IMG/VR virus record: IMGVR_UViG_3300032277_002183
Coordinates: 147 to 64,146 of that record
Length of the DNA: 64,000 nucleotides
Source: a virus
Taxonomy: Duplodnaviria > Caudoviricetes
Strand: one strand, 5' to 3'
The notes below the pieces were generated by a model, which saw nothing but the letters and a program-made list of their open reading frames with translations, had not been told where the DNA came from and ran no database searches. Below are positions 37,936 through 47,400 of the stretch, one piece after another (within the stretch, counting starts at the first letter, position 1; the number at the start of each line of letters is the position of its first letter). The translations under genes were made by a program, and so were the position numbers.

Positions 37936-38684
37936 AACTATATATAGAAGATAAACTCAGCACAAAAGTTATAGCTGAAAGATATAATACCTATCCAAAC
38001 AAGATCAGAAGAATCTTGATTTCTAATGGTATCGAAATTCGTAGCAAAAGTGATGCCCAGAAACAGGCACTTAAAAGTGGAAGCGCGACACATCCAACAA
38101 AAGGCAAAAAGAGAAGTGAAGAGTCGAAAGACAAAATAAGCAACTCTTTGGAGAAGCACTGGAATAATATGTCCGAGGAGGAAAGATCGCGTCGTAGCAC
38201 AATAGCTAAAGAGAACTGGGAGAAGTTAAGCGAAGTAGAGCGCAAAGAAATACAAAGAAAAGGCAGTGACGCCTTAAGGGAAACGATAAGAGATGGCTCT
38301 AAGGCAGAGAAGAGCCTCTTCAGCAATCTTAGTAAAATAGGGTACGATGTGGAGCTCCATAAAAAAGGGCTAATAACTGGAGAAAAGTACGAAATGGACT
38401 TGTATTTACCAGACATCAGTACTATTATAGAAGTAGATGGGCCACAACATTTTATGCCCATATTTGGAGAAAAGCATCTGCGAGAATATGTCAAGCACGA
38501 TGCAATTAAAAACGGTATCATGATAAAGAATGGATACTGTATTATTAGAATTAAGTATTTGTGCCCCAGCTTTACTAGGGGTGTTGAAAATAGACTTTGG
38601 GAAATGGTTGAGCCAGTAGTAAAGCAAATCTCAACTAAGTTTCCTCCGAAGTCGAAGAGGCTTATAGAACTGGAGATCTCTTAA
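37914..38684 (+). CDS. free-standing homing endonuclease: HTH/NUMOD3-like + Vsr-like (EDxHD) nuclease
   Basis: HPTKGKKRSEESKDKIS (NUMOD3-like); MDL...IIEVDGPQHF...HD. Confidence 0.75.
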   Translation: MDASKIIELYIEDKLSTKVIAERYNTYPNKIRRILISNGIEIRSKSDAQKQALKSGSATHPTKGKKRSEESKDKISNSLEKHWNNMSEEERSRRSTIAKENWEKLSEVERKEIQRKGSDALRETIRDGSKAEKSLFSNLSKIGYDVELHKKGLITGEKYEMDLYLPDISTIIEVDGPQHFMPIFGEKHLREYVKHDAIKNGIMIKNGYCIIRIKYLCPSFTRGVENRLWEMVEPVVKQISTKFPPKSKRLIELEIS

Positions 38685-39460
38685 TGACAAAGACTGTCGA
38701 AATTGAAGAAGAATTATTTGACTTTGAGAATGTTACTGAACAAGATGTAATTGCAGTACCAAAAGATCCAGATATTCCTGAGTACGCAACAAAGGAATGG
38801 AATGAATATGTAATGGGACACTTCCGTGATGATGAACTCATTGACGGAAACCCTATTTGTGCAGGATTGAGAAGAGTTGCGGGATTGCTTTTGGGTGAGG
38901 TTGTTGAATCTGGCCCAGATCAAGTATTCCCAGCAACTGATGGAAATGGACCGGGAAGAGCTACGGTTGTTTATCAGGTTGTTATCAATTGGATGAACTC
39001 TGGACAAGCCCGAGTCTTTAAGGAAGTTGCCGATGTGTGGCATGGTAACACTGATGATCTATTTTGTGCTCATCCAGTGGCTACCGCAAGCACTCGTGCG
39101 GAAGGACGAGCTTTGCGTAAAGCTTTAGGTATTCGATGTTTAGCTGCTGAGGAATTAGCAAGAAAAGACATTGTGTCTATTGTTCAGCAAAGTGTGAAGA
39201 AGGACAACCCTACAGATGGCGAGTGGGCTGAGGACTCTAAAATTAGTGCGTCTCAGATCAACTTTATCGACAACAAATGTAGGCAATTGGACATTAACGT
39301 TATTGGGTTTATTAATTCTGGTGAGGGCGATTATGCATCAGTTAATGATGTAGAAAAGAAGAAAGCTTCGGCTATGCTTGGAGTCCTTAATAAATACCAA
39401 ACTAAAGCAACAGAGGTGCCAGACACGATTGTGGGTTATGACAAGAATTGGAGAAATTGA
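38684..39460 (+). CDS. possible Rad52/Sak-like single-strand annealing protein
   Basis: ATASTRAEGRALRKAL helix resembles Rad52-family SSAPs; C-terminal SASQINFI tail. Confidence 0.5.
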   Translation: MTKTVEIEEELFDFENVTEQDVIAVPKDPDIPEYATKEWNEYVMGHFRDDELIDGNPICAGLRRVAGLLLGEVVESGPDQVFPATDGNGPGRATVVYQVVINWMNSGQARVFKEVADVWHGNTDDLFCAHPVATASTRAEGRALRKALGIRCLAAEELARKDIVSIVQQSVKKDNPTDGEWAEDSKISASQINFIDNKCRQLDINVIGFINSGEGDYASVNDVEKKKASAMLGVLNKYQTKATEVPDTIVGYDKNWRN

Positions 39461-39789
39461 TGAAAGCAAATTTCAAAGTAAACAAACTTAATGTAGAATT
39501 TGAAGCGGATAGTATCCGTGAGATTTGGAAGCAACTATCTACTTTTCAAGAAGTATTTGGTGAAACTAAATGTGGCAAATGTGGCTCAGAAGACCTCAGA
39601 TTCGTCGTAAGAGAAAACGATGGAAATGAATACTATGAGCTTCGCTGTAATGATTGTGGCGCTAAGCTAGCGTTTGGCGCAAACAAGAAGGGCGGCGGAC
39701 TATTTCCTAGACGGAAAGACTCCGATGGAAACTGGCTACCTGATGGTGGTTGGCAGAAATGGAATCCTAAAACTAAAACCCTTGAATAA
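39460..39789 (+). CDS. zinc-ribbon protein
   Basis: CGKC...CNDC; TGATG coupling to the upstream gene. Confidence 0.7.
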   Translation: MKANFKVNKLNVEFEADSIREIWKQLSTFQEVFGETKCGKCGSEDLRFVVRENDGNEYYELRCNDCGAKLAFGANKKGGGLFPRRKDSDGNWLPDGGWQKWNPKTKTLE

Positions 39790-39809
39790 AGGGTGCTCCG
39801 GTTAGGGCG

Positions 39810-39846
39810 ACCTCACTCAGGGAAACTTGGGTGAGGTTTTATTTTT
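39810..39846 (+). terminator. intrinsic terminator
   Basis: Hairpin ACCTCACTCAG-GGAAAC-TTGGGTGAGGT (two G-U pairs) followed by TTTATTTTT. Confidence 0.75.
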
Positions 39847-39864
39847 GCTTTTAGAGGAAGAAAG

Positions 39865-40713
39865 ATGTATATAGATTTAGACGAACTAATTAAAAATGAT
39901 ACAGAAGAGTTACAGCTTACCTGTGATTATGTGAATAATAAGATGGGCAACTTTCTAGCTGGAGGTGACTATAGCGTTGCTGTGGAGTGCGGTTCAAGAG
40001 ACACTATTGATCTTATGGTGTTTAGTGGCTTTTACAGTATTGATCAGTCATATGCCTTCGAGTGTAATCCTTATGCAGCAGATCTATGTAGGAGAAATCT
40101 TAAATACTCCCAAGCCAATATAAAACTAGTGGAAAAAGCGGTATATAATACCGACCAAAAAATCCATTTTTATTCAGTTGATGCTCTGGACGAAAACTCA
40201 AACATAGGGGCGTCTTCGATATTAGAAAATTCAAATATGAATGAGCCCGTGACAAAGATAGAAGTTGATGCGATTAGACTGGATACATTTATGGAGCAGG
40301 AAAGCATAGACAAGATAGACATACTTATCATGGATCTTCAGGAGACTGAATTGCTGGCCCTTGAAGGATTAGGAGAAAGAATCAGCGATGTGGGAAGAAT
40401 ACTTCTAGAGGGAACCATGACGCATGAAAATACATATTATAACGAAGGTTGCACAATAGAAGAAATTAAAGACTACTTAGAATCCAAAGGGTTCGAGTAC
40501 ACAGCTTCAGACCATGACTATTGGCAGATAAGATTACAAACTATATTAAAAGAATCGCCCGAACTTAGAACTCCTGAGTGGGTTGAAAACTATCGACAAA
40601 CTATGCACGCGCTAAATGACTTTACGGAAGAAGAGAACTACCGCAAGATGTTGGAAGAAGTTAAAGCAGGTGGTCACAAGTTCTTCTGCAATTTTCTCTT
40701 TACACAAAAATAA
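39865..40713 (+). CDS. FkbM-family methyltransferase
   Basis: VECGSRD, FECNP, AVYN, RLDTF, IDILIMDLQETE; AGAGG RBS. Confidence 0.85.
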   Translation: MYIDLDELIKNDTEELQLTCDYVNNKMGNFLAGGDYSVAVECGSRDTIDLMVFSGFYSIDQSYAFECNPYAADLCRRNLKYSQANIKLVEKAVYNTDQKIHFYSVDALDENSNIGASSILENSNMNEPVTKIEVDAIRLDTFMEQESIDKIDILIMDLQETELLALEGLGERISDVGRILLEGTMTHENTYYNEGCTIEEIKDYLESKGFEYTASDHDYWQIRLQTILKESPELRTPEWVENYRQTMHALNDFTEEENYRKMLEEVKAGGHKFFCNFLFTQK

Positions 40714-40740
40714 AAGCCCCACACTAGGCAGGGCTTTTTT
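40712..40740. terminator. bidirectional intrinsic terminator between the convergent gene blocks
   Basis: AAAAGCCC-cacactaggca-GGGCTTTTTT, with an A-tract on one side and a T-tract on the other. Confidence 0.8.
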
Positions 40741-40763
40741 AATGGACTTAAAGGCTCAAGTCT

Positions 40764-41693
40764 TTATAGGTACTCTAGAGATACATATAGTCCATATTGT
40801 GTCTTAGATCCAATACTTAATGGTGAAGCTGAAATGCCAACAAACCAAGTATGACGCTTAGCAAGACCAGTACCACCAAATGTATTAGTAGTAGTTTTTG
40901 TGCCCAAGTCAGGACAGTCATCAGGTCTGTTACTATTATCATAGTATTGTAACCATTTAGGTTGAACAGCAGCAACATCAGTATTAATACTATTTACAAA
41001 GTGACCACCACTTCCGGGAGAGTTGTACAATGGAACTACAATACCAGTACCGCCAACAGTTTCGGTATCACCAGTGACAGTTCCTAATCTTGAGTCACCA
41101 TTACCATTACCGGCAGTAGCTTCTGTCTGAGTAAAGTTATGGAATCTAACCCCAGAGGAGTTATCGTAGAAGTCCTGACCAGCTCTTACTGGGCCTGCAT
41201 CTGGCCAAGGAGCTCCCCACCAGAACATGTCACCAGAACCATAGAAATTACCCTGTAAAGCAGTATTGTCAGCACCATTGGCATCTACCCAAAGTGCAGT
41301 TGTCTTACCTGCAAAGTTTACCAATTCACAAACTTTAGTGGTTACACCAGAAGCTGGGAAATTGATATTGGTTCTATCATATATTCTTAATTGACAGTTC
41401 TGAACATTAACATCAGTAGTATGATCGAAATTAATGTGAAAGCTTCTATTACCAGAGTTAATCTTAGTAAGAGGAATACCAGAACCAATTGTCTGAGTGT
41501 TACCTGTCGCTGGAACTGTAAATTTAATATTATTAGCCGCTGGGCCTTGTGCTGTACCTGCTGAATTTGTTACAAATGTTCTATCCTGAAAAGAACCAAT
41601 TTGCACTGAGGAGCCAAACGAAGCTCCATAAAAGCCCAATCCTGAGCCTACGATGTTTGATTGGGAGCCTATCCCAAAAGTAATTTCTGCCAT
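40764..41693 (-). CDS. Gly/Thr/Asn-rich beta-structured protein, probable virion component
   Basis: AAGGAG RBS; composition and beta-strand pattern typical of tail/fibre proteins. Confidence 0.55.
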   Translation of the reverse strand: MAEITFGIGSQSNIVGSGLGFYGASFGSSVQIGSFQDRTFVTNSAGTAQGPAANNIKFTVPATGNTQTIGSGIPLTKINSGNRSFHINFDHTTDVNVQNCQLRIYDRTNINFPASGVTTKVCELVNFAGKTTALWVDANGADNTALQGNFYGSGDMFWWGAPWPDAGPVRAGQDFYDNSSGVRFHNFTQTEATAGNGNGDSRLGTVTGDTETVGGTGIVVPLYNSPGSGGHFVNSINTDVAAVQPKWLQYYDNSNRPDDCPDLGTKTTTNTFGGTGLAKRHTWFVGISASPLSIGSKTQYGLYVSLEYL

Positions 41694-41728
41694 TTTAAAG
41701 TCTCCTTTATTGTATCTAAAAGCACCTA

Positions 41729-41742
41729 TGTATTATAATACA
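41729..41742. promoter_or_regulatory. perfect 14-bp palindrome TGTATTATAATACA, candidate promoter/operator
   Basis: Lies in one of the few intergenic gaps, ~35 nt upstream of the 41693 start; contains TATAAT on both strands. Confidence 0.4.
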
Positions 41743-41773
41743 CAAAAATGCCAGTTATGAACATAATTTTAAG

Positions 41774-42184
41774 TTATTTTCTACCGCATCCACCGCATTT
41801 TCCTCTAGTCTCCTTATATTCAGACCATTTACCTATAGGGCACTTTTCTGAGGCCCAACTAGTCTTATATTTTACTATACATCCACATTCTGAACACTGT
41901 CCACCAGTTAGTTTTTCACAATTATTACATAGTTCCATTCTGCTATTGTATACTTTTGCAGGAACATTTTTTAGTCCATTTGCAACATGCTTAGCTGCTG
42001 CCTTAGTAAAGTTCATAGCTTTTTTTGCTAATGACGGCTTACTTGTGGTTGATGGGGCAGGAAGTTTCTGTAATAATTCTTCTACCTGCTCCTTTTTATA
42101 AATACCTTTGCATTTGTCACAAACATATACAGTATCTTGAATCAAGGTAAAATTACCATCGCAATCTGGTTTTAAACATTTCAT
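41774..42184 (-). CDS. Cys-rich protein: N-terminal zinc ribbon + C-terminal R-x-x-x-C-x-x-C...C-x-x-CGC...CP-x-GKW domain (DUF6171-like)
   Basis: RMELCNNCEKLTGGQCSECGCIVKYKTSWASEKCPIGKW; GAAGGA RBS favours the ATG at 42184. Confidence 0.7.
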   Translation of the reverse strand: MKCLKPDCDGNFTLIQDTVYVCDKCKGIYKKEQVEELLQKLPAPSTTSKPSLAKKAMNFTKAAAKHVANGLKNVPAKVYNSRMELCNNCEKLTGGQCSECGCIVKYKTSWASEKCPIGKWSEYKETRGKCGGCGRK

Positions 42185-42202
42185 TATCAATATCCTTCAA
42201 AA

Positions 42203-43540
42203 TTAAGGTGGAAAACAAGGGGTGTCTGCGCTAGGAAAGAAATCAGGACTACTTATATCAACATCAAGTGGTAACGGGGCAGGTGGATTGCACGAATGAT
42301 CGGGACAGGTGAATGGGCAACCAAAAATTAATTCCCAACTCCATGTATCCATATTGAATAGCCATGCACATTCAGCATTAGGGCAAACAGGGGAAGTTGG
42401 CTTATCATCATCATCGTCATCATCGTCATCATCATCATCTGGCTCTGACGAAGTATGACACCATTCTTCGGTTTCTCCATCTGGAATACTTTGTCCCTCA
42501 TTTGCTGTACCATCTGGACAAACATTAGTATCATCTGGTGGTTCCGAAGGTGGTTCAGAACAAGATCCATTTGCCATTTCAGTATCAAATGTCCCGTCAT
42601 ATGGTGGTTCTGAACATTTACATGGTTCAAAACAGCCAGTAAGAGCGGTATCTAAAGTCCAAGTATTTCCATCCCACATGTATGCACACCAACCACAAGG
42701 CGACGGTGGATCTTCAGGTGGTGGAGGATCTGGAGGGTCTGGACAAACATCATCTTGGCATGTGCCAATATAAATATCTCCGTCGTTTCCAATGTGTAGA
42801 GGAGGACAACAAAAACAAGTACAGTCACTAGCAAGATCAACCAGTTTCCAATATCCGCCATGGGGATCACTCGAATCAAGCTCCCATTTATATACACACC
42901 CGCCCTCACACGTAGGTGTAGTTGGCGGTGGAGGCTCTGGACAAGACTCTTGACAAGTACCAAGTACTAATTCTCCTATTTCACTTCCCGTACCCGTAGG
43001 TTCACAACAAGTTTCTTCACAAAAACTAACATCACTACGGAAATACCAATCACTACCAGTCCATTCATACCAACAGTTAATTGATGGTGGATCTGGCGGT
43101 GGGGGTGGAAATCTTGGGCAAGTATCTTGACATGTTCCAAGACTTATCTCTCCATTAAATGTACCAAGAAAATCAGGTTTACAGCAAGTCTTTGTGCAAT
43201 AGTTTGGAATTGCTTCAAAAGGATTCCAATCAGAGCCATCCCACTCGAAGTAACATTGAGCAGGCCTCTCTGGTGGTAATCCACATGCGACACCAATATC
43301 ATCGCAAGTACCAAGACCAACAGCCCCATCAAATGGACCAACATATGTGGGAGGGCAACAATTACACTCCCTTTCAGCAGTAGGGTCATATACATCACAG
43401 TCATCTCCAAGAACCTCAGTGCTTTTGCAACAAAAACTGAGACCATCTAAAATCCATTTAAACTCAGATTCAGACCATGTATAGATGCACTCACCCTTGC
43501 ATGTTCGCGGAAGTGGAGGTGGTGGCTCTGGCGGCTCTGG
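42203..43540 (-). repeat. six degenerate ~60-90-aa Cys/Trp/Pro coding repeats
   Basis: Units begin near 43489 (CIYTW), 43255 (CYFEW), 43075 (CWYEW), 42899 (CVYKW), 42688 (CAYMW) and 42370 (CAWLF). Confidence 0.85.
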
Positions 43541-44392
43541 AGGAGGATAAACCACTTCAGAACACTCATCAGCAGGTTCTGCTCCGGGAGTTCCTTTTTC
43601 TGGAGTACATTGAATAATCCCGCCAACTGTACAACAATAAGTAGGGTAAAGCTTAGGATCACAACATAGGGGTTGGTCGCCAAAATCATATGGACCAAAG
43701 TTCTCACCACTTCTTGCAGCATAATTACCTCTCCCTAATTCACAAAGGGATTCCAGTTCTTCGCCACCTCTTTTATATTTAGACAGTCTCCATATTACGA
43801 ACTCTCCAAAATTCCCATTATTATTATTCTTAGTATTTCGCATAAAAAGATCAAAAAAGCTTTTAATCGGAAAAGCATTTCCATCTGCGTCTACGTTAAC
43901 AATTCTAGAATCAGCCATAAAGGGTTTTTTGTCTACTATTGTTACAGCGTCAGTATTTCTCACACAACAAATTGTAATACCTTCAAACTGAGGGCATTCT
44001 GGATCGTCCTGTCCACGTTTTATTACATCTACTATTTCTTGGCTAGTAGCAAAGAATCTACCACCACAAGCATCTACGCCCAACTCTGCAATCGCGCCCA
44101 ACTCGTAGCCGTTTAGACATACAATAAATTCATCATCTTTCTGCTGATTTACATTGCATAAAAGAAGTGCATAATCAAACTTACTATCATTGCAAGGATG
44201 CTTCGTTCTATCAAAATCAGGGTACCCAGTAGGAGGGTCAAAATTTCCCGGAACTGGGAGATAGACTCCTGAGTTCCAAGCCTCATCTAGATCCATTGGG
44301 CCTGCGGGATTTCCATCACAATAGAACAGGCATTGTCGCTTGCATTGAGCGCAAGATTCTCCCTCTCTACAACAACACGCGCGGCTATTCAT
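42203..44392 (-). CDS. 729-aa Cys/Pro-rich repeat protein, probable tail-tip or fibre component
   Basis: AAGGAG RBS; MNSRACCC start; six C-x-[YW]-x-W...W...C...CC-x-P...G...G-T-C units separated by poly-Pro. Confidence 0.75.
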   Translation of the reverse strand: MNSRACCCREGESCAQCKRQCLFYCDGNPAGPMDLDEAWNSGVYLPVPGNFDPPTGYPDFDRTKHPCNDSKFDYALLLCNVNQQKDDEFIVCLNGYELGAIAELGVDACGGRFFATSQEIVDVIKRGQDDPECPQFEGITICCVRNTDAVTIVDKKPFMADSRIVNVDADGNAFPIKSFFDLFMRNTKNNNNGNFGEFVIWRLSKYKRGGEELESLCELGRGNYAARSGENFGPYDFGDQPLCCDPKLYPTYCCTVGGIIQCTPEKGTPGAEPADECSEVVYPPPEPPEPPPPLPRTCKGECIYTWSESEFKWILDGLSFCCKSTEVLGDDCDVYDPTAERECNCCPPTYVGPFDGAVGLGTCDDIGVACGLPPERPAQCYFEWDGSDWNPFEAIPNYCTKTCCKPDFLGTFNGEISLGTCQDTCPRFPPPPPDPPSINCWYEWTGSDWYFRSDVSFCEETCCEPTGTGSEIGELVLGTCQESCPEPPPPTTPTCEGGCVYKWELDSSDPHGGYWKLVDLASDCTCFCCPPLHIGNDGDIYIGTCQDDVCPDPPDPPPPEDPPSPCGWCAYMWDGNTWTLDTALTGCFEPCKCSEPPYDGTFDTEMANGSCSEPPSEPPDDTNVCPDGTANEGQSIPDGETEEWCHTSSEPDDDDDDDDDDDDKPTSPVCPNAECAWLFNMDTWSWELIFGCPFTCPDHSCNPPAPLPLDVDISSPDFFPSADTPCFPP
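42404..42439 (-). repeat. (GAT/GAC)12 tract encoding 12 Asp
   Basis: atcatcatcatcgtcatcatcgtcatcatcatcatc on the + strand. Confidence 0.9.
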
Positions 44393-44408
44393 TAACCATA
44401 ACTCCTTA

Positions 44409-47400
44409 TTACTCTTCTACTGGAGGAACATCACAACCGATATACAAGAATCTCCAATTTCCATTGATTCTAATGCAACTAGCATACAAAGGTAAATTCT
44501 CTTTTATCTCAAGATGTTTATCCAAGTTCTTAACTTTAATTTCTTCCCCAGTGGCTTGTAAGCCGCCGCCAGTATCTTTGTATATTTGTACTGTTGACTC
44601 TCCATCGGGGTTCTGCCCGTTTGCAGGTTTTACTGGAGTTGTTAAGAAACCTTCTACTATCTGATAGCCACCAGCCCAAACCTGTCTATCTTCATCCCAT
44701 CTTAAATCAACGGGACCAGTCTTCCATTCAGATCTATTTCTTGCATAGTTAACTTTAAAATCTTGACCGTCTCCCGGAACAGGAAGGCCATTAACATCAT
44801 AACCCCAGCCAGACAATAGTAACGGCCCTCTTAGTCCATATGTTCTATATTCACTTGCTCCAGCTGCAATGTTACCCTTGTCTTCAAATGCCATATGACT
44901 GCCACCGTTCGACACAGCTTCAAAATCGTCCACAATAGTAACACCAAAATCTACCGTACCAATCGCTTGCTTGCTATCTGACCCAAAATACGGGTCCAAA
45001 TCTTGTGCGGCGGGATTAACTAGATTGCTGGAAAATTCAGCTCCAGTACTATCGTCAGCCTCTTTAGGCTCTTTTACATACGGTAAAAACGATTTAGGTG
45101 CATCATAATGTTGCCCTGTTTCAACACGCATATGGAATGCAGGAAGACCAATAGGGCTCAATATTTGTTCCTGACTACAGCCAAAGGTTATGTCATAAGC
45201 ATGTATAATACCATTGCCAAACTGAACCTTGCGGATGAGATCTTCACCTACACTTTCTCCATTTTTACCAGACATCAGCCAAACTTGTGCGCCATCTGGG
45301 TTATTCGCGGCACCACCGGCAGCAGCCATCGGAACTGGGATTCCAGTAAAGAAATTATTAACTTTAGGCTTCAACGCTCCTGCCTGTTGTACTCCGCCAC
45401 CCCCAAGTGGACCTCCTCCTCCTCCTCCTCCTCCGCCTCCAGAAAGGGGCGATATAGGAATATTAGATGATCGCTGTTTTAACGCTTGGATTTTGTTTTT
45501 ATTAATAGCTGCTATCCTATCAACATTGTATTTAGCTATTTTGCCAAAGTTTCTAGTCCAAGTGGAAAATTCATAGTTTGTAGTTATTCCACCAGTTCCA
45601 ACTTTACAAGAAATTTTAGTCACATATGGTCCACTGCCAGTAAATCTTTCAGCAATATTGTACTCCGGGAATTCTGCCAATTCTACAGATCCAGATTCAG
45701 ACTGATACATATCTGCAACAGCACTTCCAACTAAAGCAAAAGCTGCTTCATCTAACACGTCTACACTTCCAAAAACTTCTGGACGAAGTTGGGAATTTTG
45801 CTCTATTTCAGCTTTGCCCCTCTTGCTGCTATACCTATACCAAGGACCCCAAGTATATCTTGAGCTATTTTGAGGAATAGATATTTCAAAGGGTCTAACT
45901 GCACTACCCATATACTTTAAACTTAGGGCGGCATTTTCCATGCTACCGAAACTCGCTACGCCGTTTAACCCACCACTAAAACCGCCCGCTCTACTAACAG
46001 GAGCGCCTAGTCCGGCAAAAAACCCAAATATTCCATCCATAGCAGCTCTTGGGCCAGTCGTGAGCTCTCTATCTTCAGCCAGTTCCCCTGATTCACGATT
46101 CAAGCCCCCGTTTACAAACTCATAGACACCGGGAACTGTAACATGAACCATTGCAGAGACATCATCATATGGATTGTTATTTTGTTGGAAATACGGATTT
46201 TGTCTCCAATATATTTTGTTATCAATTGTGACTTCTGTAGTTCCCACAAGAGTTGTACCAAATCCCGGTATTACATAAGGTAGAGTTCTACCCGCGTTGC
46301 CGAAATCTCTAGTGAAGACACCATTAGATGTAGTACGTGAACGAATATATCCCGCACAAGCTTTGAGCCTTCCTTCGTCATCGTAACCATCAATATCCTT
46401 GATAGTAAAGTCGGGGTCCCATCCAGAATCACTTATCGCCCATGCAGATTCAGATTTTTCTTTTACAAATCTAATATTGTTGTCAATTCCGCCGGGTTCA
46501 ACTGGCAACATAACGAAATACGTTTTGCCATAATAGTTTTTCGCTGTATTTAAAACCGCTGAAAAAATCTCGTCGGAACTATTAGCATTACCCTGCAAAT
46601 AATTGAGTGCGTCTTCTTGGGCCATTGATCTCAGATGGTTTCCGTTAAAAGATGAAGTCATCGCATAGGGGGTCATGACATTTTGAATCAGCTTATTGAA
46701 TTTGCTTTGGCTCATTCTAGCAAAACTGCTAAATACTGGGTTGGTGACATTAGTATATCCGTAAGCAGAGCCGACTACGTGATACCAACTCCATGTATCA
46801 AATCCAGAACAAGCAGCTTTTAACTCTGCTATGTGGGCATTATATACAGCACCATTAGGCAGTAAAACTGGTGCTATGTCAGTGTCTGAAAATCCTGCTC
46901 CAAGAAGCCACTCTCCGTTGAGATCCTTACCATAAACAGGTATCATGTATTGCATACCGGCATGCCAAACTCTAGTAGCCTTATCTCCAATCATTAACTT
47001 TTGTGTAGTGACATCTGCAAGTTCTTTCCCATTAGTAGCAGAGATAAGTGTAGTAGACTTTTTATCATTTACTAAAGTTTCTATAACTCCGGGATTTGGT
47101 TGAGACGTTTTATTCAAATAGCTAAAAGATATGACAGGCCCAGTAACATTTTCATCATCATCCAAAGTTGGAAGGGTGACGCCGTTCAAAACCTTTTCTT
47201 CAAATATAGGAGTTGGTACAATTCCGCCACCACTACCAATTTGCACTCGGGTGGTAGTAGGCTTGATAAATGTTACGTAATCATGAACTATGATATCAGT
47301 ACACTCCTGCAATATTGCATTAATGCTCTGAAAATCACCCTTGATTCTCAGGAAACTTGGAATTAAACCCTTTAGTTCACCAAAGTCGATAGTGAATTTT

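Noticed and set aside
37991-38521. 176-aa antisense ORF
   Set aside because: Shadow of the Lys/Glu-rich homing endonuclease; Leu/Phe/Ser-rich composition typical of a reverse frame; no RBS.
42404-42439. Poly-Asp tract as a phase-variation switch
   Set aside because: It is a trinucleotide tract interrupted by GAC codons, so slippage stays in frame; more likely an acidic linker.
44296-44664. 122-aa + strand ORF spanning a gene junction
   Set aside because: Antisense to two well-supported genes; no RBS or recognisable motif.
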